Shown piece after piece: positions 33,501 to 37,008 of a stretch of 64,000 nucleotides of DNA (position 1 is the first letter of the stretch; the number at the start of each line of letters is the position of its first letter). The notes under the pieces are model-generated. The model was not told the origin of the DNA. It did not search any database and was given only the letters and a program-made list of their open reading frames with translations. Source of the DNA: Candidatus Omnitrophota bacterium (GTDB lineage: Bacteria > Omnitrophota > Omnitrophia > Omnitrophales > Aquincolibacteriaceae); assembly GCA_049324575.1 (NCBI GenBank), contig JBMONI010000004.1, positions 43,960 to 107,959 on the forward strand, read 5' to 3'. Both the position numbers and the translations under genes were made by a program.

Positions 33501-36499
33501 GGCGCTGGCGGGGCCGGAACAACCGCAAGAAGTGTCTTCAGCCGTTGGCTCAATCCCGCGACTTGAGTTTGGTTGACTTTGATGTCGGCCGCAACAATTC
33601 CGGGGCTTTCGAGCCGGGCCAGGATCTTCTCAAAAAGAGGTCTTTCCGCTCCCTCGACCGGCTCCTTGCTATCTTGTTTCTTTTTAATAAGCGTCGTCAG
33701 AAGTCCGTGGTTCTTTTGACTCGCAAGCATCGGCCCGGCCCAAATCCGGCGGAGACGGCCCAGAAGTTTCTGGATCGGCGGCTCGTGTCCCGCGAACCAT
33801 TCGGCATCGCGGTTCGGCAATTCTCCGATGCGATCTTCCAGCGCCACGAAAAGACCGGCAAGGCTTTTCCATTGTTCATAAGGCTCACTGCCGTCAATCC
33901 CTGTGATCCCTTGTTCCAAATATTGCAGATCCTTTTCGATCGCCTGCAGTTCGGCATCCAGCGGATGGAGAGCGGGCTGGGCCGGTTGGGAAGCAGGCGT
34001 TGCAGGCTTCTTTTTCGAAGGCGCACGTTGCGCTTTTTCGGAAGGCGTCGCGGACTCTTTCTTTTTTGCGCGGACCTCGCTTCGGATCGTGGCCCCTTCA
34101 ACCCTCGCACGCGCCTGACCGATCAAATACTCCGCAAGCGTATTGCCTTTCATTCGGTCGCGCTGACCGAAAAGATCGATAGCCCCGAGAAGGATCCTCT
34201 GTTGCTCTGCCGTGATCCCGGGCTGTGTCAGGAGACTCACCTGGTCGAGAACGCCTTGGGCAAGGGCACTTGCAGCAGCCGCCTGATCCACACCGCGCCC
34301 CATGGCCTGCTCCACTTTGTCCGAATCAACAATACCGAATGCAACCCTTTGATTTCCGGGAAGATCGATCTCCTGAAGAAGTGATTGAGAGTCCAGGCTC
34401 AATTCCGTCCGGGCCTGAGCGCCGGCGGGAAGCCGGGCAAGAACCAGGCTGGCATCCTCGGTCAGCCGGACCGCCAAAATCTTTTTTCCACCCGCTCGCC
34501 GGGTCTTCAGTTCATCATAATGGCTAATGGCCCCGACCATCCTCCGGATATCCGTCGCCAAGGCGTTCCCGGCAAATGCCTGTCTGGCCAGTTCCAGATT
34601 CAACGGACCGCTCGCGGTCCCGAAAGGAAGATGCGCATCAAATACGCTTTCGGCAGCCATCCAAAGGACCATGGAGAGGTTCAGGGCCTGTTGAGGGTTT
34701 TTCAGCATCCAGTCGAGAAGTTCCTGACGAGTGGCTAGCAGATGGGTTTCGCCAGTCAGGATCGAAACAAAATCCCTTGCCTCCGCACGCGGGACCAAAG
34801 CCTTGCGCGCGGCCAATTGGAACCGCGGATCGCTCAAAGTGTTTTGCCCCAGGGAGGCGATCCCGCGAAGCAGGATCTCCTCGACTTTTAGGGGTTTCTC
34901 CGCCAGGGCGTCCTCGTAGCGGCGGGTCGTTTTCCGTTCGTCGATCATTTTCGTGATCGCGGGCGTGACGACCCAGTAGGAATATCCGTGCTCGCGTAGG
35001 TAGCGTTCGATCCCCGGCGTGTGGAAACCGCCGGTGACGATCGCCGAAATAGGTTCTGCGCCGACCTCGGCCTTTTGAACCGCTTTTTCGATCAAGATCC
35101 GGTCACGCGCCAGAGCGGCCGCATAGAACCGCTCGACACGCGTCAGATCCTGATCGAGGATCTCCAATTGGGACGGCAATCCGTAGGAGAAACGATGTTG
35201 ATCTAAAAGCGGTGTCAAAAGGGAGGTCAGTTGCGCAGAAACGAAATCGCCGCGGTGCGCGTAATAGTACTCGGCGTCCTGCACCGTCAGCGTGAATTCG
35301 AGCATTTTTCGGGCCACATCGAGCACGCGGTAAAGGCGGTCCAGCGCGCGCGAGGCCTCGTCGGTAAAAAGTTTTTCTTTCACAAGCCCTTCGAGCTTCT
35401 CGATGTCCTCAAAGACCTCGGCGCCGACGCTTTTCTGAAGCCGGTGATATTCGAGATAACCGAGCACTTCCCGGTAAAGCTCCGCATCCCGGACTTTGAA
35501 TGCGCGGGGCCCCGCCAGGAGGCCGCGGATCTCGGTCTCGAGATAGCCGTAATAGATCTCCTGCTTCATCCGGCCGGTCTTGTACTGCGCGGTATTAGCG
35601 AGATAGCGCGACAGACGGTCGCGACCCAGGTCCCCTTTCAGGTTTTTCATCGCTTCTTCGGTCCGCACCTCGACCTCGGAAGCCTTCATCGTCCGTTCGA
35701 TCGCAAGCAAGCGCGTAAGCGCCGCGAGCCCCGGCATCCCCTCAAGGGGAAGGGAGAATTTTTGAGCGTAGGAGCCGAGAAGGTCCGCGTACGCGACCAG
35801 CCGGTGTCCGTTCGTCTGGAAATCAGTGCGGGTTTCGTGCAATTTGCGGAGGTCTTCCGAAAACACAAACCGTGCGAGCCCGTTCAGGACCCTCTCGACC
35901 CCGGCGAGCAGCTCAAGATCGCGCTCTTTGAAGCTCATCGCGTCGAGATAGGCCTGCCGGTTCTCCTCGTACTTGGCGGAGTCCTCCACGCCGTAAAGCA
36001 CAAGGTCCGGTCGATCCACGATCGCAAGATATTCGGGCCCGGTCAGGCGCGCTTCCTTGAGGAAATAATCGGCCACCGTCTGTTTGGCGTTTCGATCCGG
36101 GAAACCGCGAAAGATATCGGTATAGAGTTCGCCGTCCGCGCCTTCGAGATTCACGAGTTTGAGACCGTAATTCGCGGCGAAATGATCGAGGATGCGCGCG
36201 ATATTATGCTGGGCTTCTTCGTTGGCGTGCGCGTCCTGGATATGGATAAACACGTGGTCGGGACGGCCTTGAAAGACTGTTTTGACCTTTCCGAATTCGG
36301 ACGGCAGTTGAAGACGATGGATCAGGTCTTTGGACGGACCCGCAAGTGCGGCCCCGGCGTTTTCGGAAGCCGCTGGACGGTTTTGCGAAAGGCCGATCCC
36401 ATCCGCCCAGATAACATTCGTTGTGATGAAGAAGAAAGTGGTGAGAGAAGCAATGAAGCGAAGCCAAGGTCTAAATGTGGGTCTTTGCCACTCTAACAT
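6515..36499 (-). CDS. Giant 9,994-aa predicted polytopic membrane protein with an N-terminal signal anchor, ChaN/Tiki-like N-terminal domain, Pro/Ala-rich linkers, coiled-coil Lys/Ala/Glu repeats and several clusters of TM helices; function unknown
   Basis: Single uninterrupted ORF in the track. ATG at 36499 follows a ~400-bp AT-rich spacer. N-terminus MLEWQRPTFRPWLRFIASLTTFFFITTNVIWA is hydrophobic. Dense hydrophobic helices occur around aa ~1180-1700, ~6200-6400 and ~7300-9400. It shares its N-terminal domain with the 1..6271 gene. No catalytic motif recognised by eye. Confidence 0.8.
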   Translation of the reverse strand: MLEWQRPTFRPWLRFIASLTTFFFITTNVIWADGIGLSQNRPAASENAGAALAGPSKDLIHRLQLPSEFGKVKTVFQGRPDHVFIHIQDAHANEEAQHNIARILDHFAANYGLKLVNLEGADGELYTDIFRGFPDRNAKQTVADYFLKEARLTGPEYLAIVDRPDLVLYGVEDSAKYEENRQAYLDAMSFKERDLELLAGVERVLNGLARFVFSEDLRKLHETRTDFQTNGHRLVAYADLLGSYAQKFSLPLEGMPGLAALTRLLAIERTMKASEVEVRTEEAMKNLKGDLGRDRLSRYLANTAQYKTGRMKQEIYYGYLETEIRGLLAGPRAFKVRDAELYREVLGYLEYHRLQKSVGAEVFEDIEKLEGLVKEKLFTDEASRALDRLYRVLDVARKMLEFTLTVQDAEYYYAHRGDFVSAQLTSLLTPLLDQHRFSYGLPSQLEILDQDLTRVERFYAAALARDRILIEKAVQKAEVGAEPISAIVTGGFHTPGIERYLREHGYSYWVVTPAITKMIDERKTTRRYEDALAEKPLKVEEILLRGIASLGQNTLSDPRFQLAARKALVPRAEARDFVSILTGETHLLATRQELLDWMLKNPQQALNLSMVLWMAAESVFDAHLPFGTASGPLNLELARQAFAGNALATDIRRMVGAISHYDELKTRRAGGKKILAVRLTEDASLVLARLPAGAQARTELSLDSQSLLQEIDLPGNQRVAFGIVDSDKVEQAMGRGVDQAAAASALAQGVLDQVSLLTQPGITAEQQRILLGAIDLFGQRDRMKGNTLAEYLIGQARARVEGATIRSEVRAKKKESATPSEKAQRAPSKKKPATPASQPAQPALHPLDAELQAIEKDLQYLEQGITGIDGSEPYEQWKSLAGLFVALEDRIGELPNRDAEWFAGHEPPIQKLLGRLRRIWAGPMLASQKNHGLLTTLIKKKQDSKEPVEGAERPLFEKILARLESPGIVAADIKVNQTQVAGLSQRLKTLLAVVPAPPAPSVPGAQPPLPQAPSSSITGAPAPAVAAKKPLDGIRNAGQAVLKQMAGGWQGIQKAWRVIGKGWGVAWQKVRSVAAALGALTVRGWQRSQSALGAFAQSIKSRWSAWTAKKPAPAAVQPAPSRPAKATAAQKPAPAPAVKKPGVVEQVRNGFRIFAQRYAGRIVFYGVIPGMIANFLISHAGILTGQMTAVAWPYSVFGIWFWAVLVIVLGWTAIRAINETRVTYTDLVETRPGEEASPDSERWQGIKKGQGVLGISAGLDTDRTWEDRGVTDTLNGITDPAKRELARIRLRAKSYWKYVEANTILGQAKGAMAQSKVESVVRSVVEIGAGLAAVLILGALGVVTLNAAVILYGMLIGFYVVHALSSIVLLKMRDPGISVITLLAKAVIDPFKALWHLFDSFIFNFFRVSIDYFWTGAYQKRWLTDQEVQWIANEVRAIPAEQKIDLSTERARYWAATASHAFYVTGAATFVAKRLRLFIYSGVSSLALMLVGKSLILFSVAYFAFVLFRMVILMQARARGDLTEEAFVKKAATLLLISFVSFGLLVFLGYHPTDTALVELSAGQHPLIHHFLEWSHLGGSWNLVDQGALIQVGEFGMMHNIPLNLSIGGVASPIFLAFFLNLQTQVDQGVRTEMARMLNFSLSKLGIDIKKFHLTSATHTGVHQLLDAILARGSGLSAVQKRLALEGIRRYLVPQSRLRKAPLHLKARDREFLLARIDAEIPKIKISKKAQAGLILPALFDPSNLNRFYRNARKAVFNRVITSPEFWASVLITAAGLWFVTYEIGGAVGGAEGLDDAAGAPILSPLVKLVEGDQATLEMLGQQEQMLGRPTPLEAKLVYSGALGLVNTFASTTIDPIVAPIVEPYRDELLQRARIAAIHKEQKKEGRTLDQELSDAAELDYYAILKKLSRGERKDLKRITTLLIQNPLMSMMLRQMGEGRSADFREALFRQGIVDATRRAKTFDDPAKGIFLGMAFDPIELLMLGTAAETLQRQIDAVAGDVIHGKIPLEEGVQKARQLAADRIAQAARQAREEGAAPPPPAESPETEAKPEPEQPQPEPQAPEKVTGRFLGADGALPIQGVIPIGGWMWLENVTLASGTKLSLLDLKSRADLDSAIEVTLEKSADSSDTVAADQARRLYDFLNAVRSIQDRTGPLSEAGQKIVTEGQTPGLKDLLAIDSGVAALAFYRQYIDNDDAGMTAALSEAAAGRAADAVKAAIDGYLNGAKTLAETLALLKDVPAETPKPAPMPEEKKEETPPQEPKKEGKPAAIEARVLPLVEMTATVGELQTARVEIFRLLQAKKVEEARARFQGLAQRIADAKASTDHFVRDLEARIAAGDLTPEERSNLARGLLNAYALRKDLRPDWTFPGLIDQLGKLFGASIPPYDGLSPAAVLEARLKAIEEKMSEEDKKAFDIDLLWMRQFIENEKRKEPPPAALPGVKVGEKQAPVTAPAPTAAMVLLDQLSNLPKTMTEEQIRDIQEKLAAAGPQYKGILERGPKGNLEPMTYNDGTAGTRFWAAVDAFKADHAEIADFKFTRTISPGDRGPQVEQFFTWLANVPGFEILRELNGSRWVPRFITGYGNEEGAPWISPTIKLGDSKYSLIPEQVMSEDQAAASNFGTIAVNPALFDAWNGAEVFILLPNVYGKLELHKLTVADRGRSVQPGQFDVYNGPSLYEIAAPESTDFADQGIKGRIRSVFSKVPKDSWSQIPRTDEFFDGMARKTKFMTEYQGIFDQYLARAAKKDTEARTWFSDQLRELLERAYPSRQNRIAAEVAYALAEIDLYLKNRDVESRFIAITIASNFFKEQRKPMIFDPIDNDIRAAYKPYLPYGRTTHFLAKGIPTQGTEPAFARYVDNSPLEIVIRNFQKTNGLPVTGVIDQRTFDQIEERFASARQRRAMEEGVRLTEDIVRGPFVEIGTQDWLEPETGGIGKSQFLALVEAEMAKLKAGVLGDMQSVTTMNENIRTRMDGARSGILELFRKHYPSYVKSKVPGSDEMQIDRLIRLVPEHVRKLTGEILAAESEEARMAVAPLGVSLMNEVWPHPAEASQPAPAPDAGPAPAAPQGEAAARTEPGPVAAGGEDLPSLAELGQFIEAGALPPEWAARTASAAPKPAAEPERTAPPQPEPQPQPAAQPPAAEPPMPQAQPKAEPKPQPQPVPPVEPQPEAKAPEGLEGILAQFNADRIDLAQAIAQVEKLYGITVPASVGEGLLRQQTVLSLAVKAIRQEASLPDPEKEDKVIAIRNLETALILQDTKLQETYQKLKDANRKTRSLTWAFQEAAAGYELLAEVLTGELLGMPKVKAVDGRYGSRTDFLIKFGISRELLESRYDPISRRMDRATQKAEELQARGQPLTADDMIGVVAEYFPSRYVDEAGQALPAKRDADKAKIEPLIQAKAPVAEIIAAAIIEAAIPVTAKEKAAPPPAAKPPAVVAEPITPALRFDLRQILLGVRGDLPSAVPAVRDRLQQEYPDRNFTDEQILAGIQSFYEEHLHMQGGGFTSGELVVWGKAPSAVPGRPGKFEEYGDGSGQTNARYDAKRPVIAPYASLLFADAGPRSVVRNLMNLSTLYSSSTGEYGFFDSVDLNSNQAATRYALDNKGFEMAKALGILTGGKVHQYYAADPEVARGLEGLHIALAVADAQALDGREPNQEEKAFLHGQVVKGWGYYRAATEGSPIPADHIELENGTSKVAVYAGITGTGLYLVNLVGVRDHDGAQPAGQKVLQAGEYDRRAAAALEALEKMQRSEDGLFFQNYDRKALRPSPAEDNKEKVSSVDNFNLADSLRVFAQANQGTPLGERAQKILDKMQLAKFYDPKTRQIRHGFYPHRQNEWIASGKTVLHYGYTFEGLSSLVPLVGSGKVPAEVLKTITPTTWGGGALEQAGWSVFLDPNDARLGDLSKAYRTSAANQMQNGMSQVLTAADRAIDLILKPSAVPMEPAPEEPQLPPEPKPEFKPEDVGHGREVLAGLAALLKNFPEAGPVQAGAEVLELLKAQLAGQAAVTVGSLNNGAEQLLISAVEGRLFYEGNPLARELQARRDLSGGIVQALFRNLRDAHPGIEPWEIVFSHLMKNQSQDPKVQQMRTSIQDRHKEDPNWSETSAAWFRDAAVQAIQDVQQAGRLTDEQRALLEKILGEVIDDKTSARTIDAIEPPAQPQPEPRRVSLDSFLQRVVRHAAATYPTAMRLADAKGRETALRQWKLQVGLKGAAVPASVSAFVRLEGPVWDPSQGPRQRLGDVEVDFTDVELQKGIVFLTNAAAGLINGMLRSRSVVDSLVELEKELADLPEVARQKIADERFGGRNVESMLRQIRLERQNAQAAYVADRDRLKMLAAYLPDEAVDLEAAILDPAFYNDPAQKDTKIQEALARALPTSMRDQHPGEAREGGLHYQVALLRYQREQLQDVVKKSRERFRVRFGIELDFSLNPVAAIMNLKLPVEFSKDRPMPPIYWDIREQRHAREYAEEIRQLETQVRELAIEEAELGQRLEHAAVQWEKAKKLLRDQANYYRSGALSDALTTLPADTTRGGALSDSLPATAREVLNILGEFADLQKNLQGARNLLTQLNLAAVDLDDRLSKDQETAFKPSALPPRTADVNFVDLEERDGLSGVFLHMDARNRTGRHLTFGGERESMLQYEEVERLAGFLALRGPGEIRGRLRELMKSEQKIAKERESLRDPAAIREKTRELAALAKAKRALIYGMLDAVMPRVFQHELENTDRALQQLARKYDVGQKPEQIARELVSAIQARLNRTRGAREQIELDLQAAQNFLVRRDLLLEEQGQLRGKKATEGFAGRTTVRDISYNDQAILQKVVPQAFIDQKGKFRILQMDFEFHVGEDSVPEIMLIYQKLKAHREGEVLAERGGMVQALELYQVIAADRQRIATLKAQRDAVVKTQGMNRREMDAKPERAAQYGISLQHQDIQIGALDRSISNLTEEMNRTVRRYLRLMNNGYLPQDYDDTDPGNDYYKKFMGQVDRWNEQHEGWDGEPAMRQRIQQMFNRRFPGESFSAGSEESWGKRKLAVALSQMGFAYRNRGIDFIVIPAYGDAPYFAMDGLFAQEQAQGAEQKSFLGILWSWFDGGKKYRVKVEKATSITEGHAETMGYFDLVREQAVQREQMGRTLENTEKQREAANKKIGEIAGYTDPQGVRHGGELEQLENRKKTGAGSDRNVLELRIGLLEADLEELRDFGHVRDLAWRLMVTGMAAKPPQASRGAKTAGWLNDRATTPFDLDTAKAYGLVDRFADDQVAAHRWLYHRWHAGRSWVERLTDRMWLQQSVSLMPFNMDLALQISEPLELLFYNLQPGIDRLQADQHGFLNAAERGQQIALGRNMFVDLRTHAAILDLNTYRFSRNSALRDALAGPSTPDDTTKRIADIAEESGLAVDTQAKVVDNARQNFLRWLGFDPDRELRLPKMPLAGQDVLRLLADSSDKVLSVLERDNILNAHLKGTEANELRSRLTGIRRWIHSHLSINTSTLLYGEVAVNLVDAQASIQHAIAALDAKLSSMQTDDVRLKEAYRILLQYQVLIRAASVYAFNLPIALDNADFLRARTSGFILGDMVPGKYIQREGEWYEASVRALLAGGDVEKAANYLEALLQGKLAVTRGPVAVPYQPSKEFTEEYARLAEQAGQLGAIAERQTRAAESTPGTAVEKKPMPEPFDKQEVADGLSNKMVMPVLPKDVVSDAQVPVAKVELANALGVLAQRLFGVQLPQAFDLAAADPANETYAGEFRFSLMTPHTVRVVFEVTKKDGTKENRILDLTTDIELDKDTARKLFDGVKKIKVDPDGAVSFFADDAATVPYEFKKVAITVTEKEGTMRVTGIEGRPDEEITRAVTIRTPHETPITVTAPKGGKSIVIGIQPSDPDIQMDVLTMPVLVRVLESLGMTTEIKEAQLLVAIQYMNYLLRPGSPFAAAYADISPYIDAISKDYDLSLPLGTFLETLLSYRENTGLRMDTASTTDVKVDMRKLGLVLVYAYRFLANNPDAVPGFDPAATPMSELENSAAVEMILLKYALMEMNPDTRKNSMQPTQEDLEILKKFNFGANASEWQYQMNYPKWREIHPGGTDAEYFAHLMRVFVKQNANNVWERLFFRPLSYDDLNKKLQQLRPIAEKINGGQPLNLDRQKNIAELTMALFESYGLHFFHENESQRLKAYSTFLDMVAALMAQKAVLYDPLYPADRFNYAGILRAQEYRFLLADLRTAKALLQQAEAGLEQATPSERAMWSEKGRKANLEIAALEAKKSDLEEELRASHFKGDSKASIQYEMLNLLVERYNLERSPELKTLAAKYGITDPFRIISDLLHTVQEKLDQTKKAGQDAAAIEQDMEQARKILREMALHPVKKIEEIRAADILTLTADEQGEVVLRTAKFLSQAPTIRTILLQEGLYEALDVYDPKHHAAIRSAYEEKERMGLDWDEFRVYIRIMADVQRSNEARARSAEPEAAFWIKTPDGRSVPTFGRFAAVGWAAEAGLFALGVSRPKRDPFSTIAQAELSAAARFISGDADSWRYAGVGEKEAWKKLTIQQRQQKYSEWMGIAEKLRGEAERLYGELKSSDPDDMGLLLSLAMSVDGFVGWANADPSEREYWESLSPEQKIKIAQLILRTAARIKEPLSTILGGLDIKSPDGRDNGILLTLAKNLLMVSGREKQKLSSIRAAALRMGVDLIKEETEGRGGVRIPPIYPDPESLITVDSPKNEEKFDAYVADYTKLLEKTQDPAFQKAVHAVLGILLPGSDAKTMNWREPARLSFLLSFAEQCGLHGWDSPIAKNYPQIMKLLLDRNEASNALNDFLGKLQISADYRGEMQAMFPEMRVYLNYLAGEWTGETPKVDYQKIAHYYELMGIIDYYAGFVTDPAKPEVLVKRIEEMSEMFDAVAQLFHVDGKSDFDAIHDALQQMYVTLTVPKIEIAIGSEKYGITNHYELQRVMFLMQKHQEYLDINRKPPENYQDWEQKTTAKFKSKFVEGFLNDVQKKIQTHGGDIRGWFATYKDILALMFAEGQSMVDMELGEITGKKAEKDFGRELREDRGVDFGEDHSSISRQFFSIYKLEGMASWWLDQTDSRTAQGEVMTFDEIEQAIRSVPDLRRLISEHIPEVAYTAADIYFLVRMSLPKRIYENYFAQCKKMLEYSRKSLGRSLSLAELNEQFFAPGYFLSDWVLASRGGLSALLTALGIPDADIPEFRMRMGITNRMPGRNGAALDARLQKIDEGFAPKLKAAQAKRTEPDQVTAEEEALLQEKDAAKARILGDFLGRYFRSLGPNEDQRTILALGPQLGRILVPGSEEFNYWVAIRERLDQQHQGKPAKAAGELAQLAIVGSVATEGIRNVLAGGKPDYRKGQFLQDDQNLKTYLKHWLFTRELDPQLTDEDQKMPLNDFILKWSRRLYWNRSAFRDPQDLIQFIVERHPQVKTDTPEFREVLFLIMQDTHDFVAEASRSFQIKLDPAAIASLIVGQRFSAEAGEKSLLERARELEIAVTRYFVENFTEEETQEQHDDSAVIGVDWKARRFVDELLASEGFKDALPSKVLEKFYWAITDRSLKKTVARQIVADLKFILQQYQDHGFVQRNAGAAFDEKLINAVLELISKTRNLGLHEAGLIENPDLKTDPEMQKETYRKTKIDSENSMKTWLWQQSMRWVQTIYLTTPRETVREEKGGRSASAETTKKAEGAAQADPWLDGVENFRKKLRERILSTGLKIAPAQAVKNEEGETAQEVQRPEEVKHEEPLASHDLARRAWEYDKYGKGEENRGAFHVAVGSIFLGITGVMALLSLIIHWLTSRHRRYREGTVRTTSIEDLRRALRKLRFSGTAEEIASKRAQIEEVLDRLADPKLTRVARTQALAQLKAHLQRSEIRAALDPLEAFTKNVEEYSRQIGERRPLVKKFTPKGIALWILGMGGLYALSYYGTVLYASAPLLGLLLTLGAPVTAWIYYGLRIRHYKHSADESIIKAKMSLHLGNMLYFGTIALLLGVVFFLGMIIPDFSLIAPWYAAFYVVLFGFLSHTVMQVPLDKTVSEKKMSAVLGPPAPELDADQKRELEEFEKFIAGDRQQFLQETAAAAQRRSDRAPPPSNVQGVPRDKRVLMTVITGLPDMDTFRKTVMSNIQATGEANPGRNISLAIYETGYQGPALLMDQIIDVEVTNQAEVKKGRFARFNLFHRGALKTIKNISKKYGSMVDQLRFLGDGSRYPEVQSEKYVGRNLVVSETRFMGISLPPMPILAGITAFFVGPVVYWALMALGASLAWSVTLTVLFAAFILVALKTLFESGSTTLMVQDKEVRKAVTKYLEKYAQEASPGETFEAFLIRMRAAAQETLKKAQEALKKAEEALGKAQEAPSAQEAATASQEELAKAQDALKKAQKALKKAQEEANVPDKLDLLFARGIELSPASVATNARLDVVFANLAELGWVHVDNPGVEAEHRMTDAEFRDRRNIFIAGNPKKAERYLNGTGTDISIPEVQDVYAYRYQQAFNKLKQKAQEAATKDPKDAAARQRLAVIDSLVLRFEYEKQVALDTDDPNRLKYAFTMDEKNQIGMEWRKALDWFATKYLQIQNPDRMSMSDLQNAIQRELRSRRDEFEITDAQIGSVGELMIEMNEAVFSIQKSLHEMLRRPGYALGQPVYYMSDHLRTLFADQVHKAGIIGEFFANAKWVISSAQTDPSGKFIVDLHGWLHGYKHEYQKVKAAFLQGSILGALFGSSLGMLLIVAVGGSSLLLGAGLGAFMGYVFGGGILGAYEMRHYGGAFATLFFNQLSHDYEEGFQSGSLVVRTAIVIEQVVKSLQEMVARASQRWFRGTLPWYVMVLLGPGGSSTDRNNIALGLKMYLSSLLFFAFLVNGFIGVGSLGIHARLADLPSLMSFTNRSIAELIVQYFGIPVDPIGTAIVIVAVLLVVILLKNARYRQIKAEEKYQKLLARKKAMEEAREKRGGAEDAETAEPSERAEVRLSLDEEIEALDEEIEEARAQTKFLNHLWAALKSDLPHHVIPMAAYGVVFALLLGLAIPPFWKPVGAVVAVFSFVIFFIYRAFSGTIPSISLRDKIAQFFMDQLYLNNFVIEAKLAVNNFLHNWAEGIHPLDATKPSWKTTIRDTLADKGQIGKGLLGVVIAVAPILVSVLWISGAYAPYIFMISIGIAVVLAIMTLHRLSNRFVAVGWLALTVAITAYLAALGLILFTPALAHLWAVILPGLQQLGWAPLTAFLTSHPVVSQWLFMLWAGFTFGSMLIKSVASFVKIRPEPSPWGIMTAVGGNTSFLTLKASFHLMTPSYWMALGTILSILLLSPQVEVINWMILLIGSWSFGPMMMWFSAKPRDWDIHSRIDLSKAKTLEAMAALAKKELPEREASEAAMVEARVTAMKGMVAAYETALGTGERKAIDKASLPYFELMRKLQGSPVRPFSIKNFATALAILVGGSAILSAPVIFVLFHSIFGLSAGMAIVATLGGILLITAVGTALLTGFMYLWTSFERKASSIQEPRYPHFWQNLGAPAVKWWNKFRNFRIGPITRKASFWVSYWESVKHDFSQYRQEQIIKPKKPKEIDIARVSLHRIQTGWLHLGSAIGFFLIGAALISGSVYALGIMQQWALPGIAGEVGRSFGNIFALFVSGLILTSMAGRVLHATTKFLEIFFEIRDSFSSKNKTSEFMDHFEPNLFEYVNDREQLKGVLARISFWQKALKALGIGLGVAASGVAFGLPIFAAGILYVVSAHHWIPLVALIFLVLAQTGNLVAFYLTYQKDKRDFPKEDKEDKEDKKSQIPPATATGSPKSSEALQGQLPAQPQSSVAPATGQRPSTTEAKKASVPAQQPKGKKKPGPRAELREEMPAGLGDALTSTTEMRVVQMLAQANAANEALRQAVVASGVAQGGVTVIDWQTGWSVDQRTELNDRLASLGEKDRLIVRATSDKLLMLQGEIRDARVAFVNIAQPVEAILAEALAEQGAVTERRVYAMKATVEKNTGLLLTAAVPIEGEIIVVTDEDLSLGGANVIQLTVEQMIAQKFEMAQIVAQSA
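7288..7316 (-). repeat. 9-bp x3 coding microsatellite (atcttcttt) inside the giant gene
   Basis: It encodes EDKEDKEDK in the giant protein. Confidence 0.7.
11413..11592 (-). repeat. Coding tandem repeat (~21-bp units, about 8 copies) inside the giant gene
   Basis: cttcttgggccttcttcagcg-like units. They encode ...AQETLKKAQEALKKAEEALGKAQEAPSAQEA...AKAQDALKKAQKALKKAQEEA in a coiled-coil-like heptad pattern. Confidence 0.7.
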
Positions 36500-36902
36500 C
36501 TGGGTTGCCGTCCCTCTGTTAGGCGTTGCGACCTAGCAACACCTTATTAAATCCTTTTAATTATCTTTACTTCTGTTTCTCCAAACATAAGTCTACCATG
36601 GGATTAGGTCTAAGTCAAATAGCTAAATATTCTTTGTAAAATGCACAAGAATCACCTTTTTCTGAAAAAATCGCTGCCTTATATTGAAAATAGATTAAAT
36701 TTCCTTAATCGGAGAATCGGATTTTTGAAAAATTCTTGGCATAACAAATCCCCTTATCCGCCCGAACGGCTTCCAAGGGGTTCTGAGGGGCATGGAGTAG
36801 GCGGAATGCGGCAAGATCCCAAGATCGATAGGGCGCCTTGAAAGGTGCCCTGGCCTAGGAAAGATCGCTTTGTGAGCTTAAAGCGGATGGACAGAAGCAA
36901 GA
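36500..36902 (-). promoter_or_regulatory. AT-rich ~400-bp spacer between tRNA-Ala and the giant gene start; putative promoter/leader of the giant gene
   Basis: GC falls sharply (e.g. ttattaaatccttttaattatctttacttctg...). The only ORFs are short and implausible. Confidence 0.3.
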
Positions 36903-36978
36903 TGGTGGACCCGACCGGGATCGAACCGGTGGCCTCCACAATGCGAATGTGGCGCTCTCCCAGCTGAGCTACGGGCCC
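36903..36978 (-). tRNA. tRNA-Ala (anticodon CGC)
   Basis: Reverse complement is GGGCCCGTAGCTCAGCTGGGAGAGCGCCACATTCGCATTGTGGAGGCCACCGGTTCGATCCCGGTCGGGTCCACCA. It has a 7-bp acceptor stem with the G3:U70 alanine identity pair, a D-loop with GG, anticodon loop TTCGCAT (CGC), T-loop TTCGATC and an encoded CCA. Confidence 0.9.
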
Positions 36979-37008
36979 ATCCTCGTGGAATAATCCGGCA
37001 TGAAACGC

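Noticed and set aside
36641-36939. Short ORFs (36641..36841 plus strand, 36754..36939 minus strand) in the AT-rich spacer and over the tRNA
   Set aside because: One overlaps the tRNA-Ala gene and the other lies in a promoter-like spacer. No RBS or motifs.
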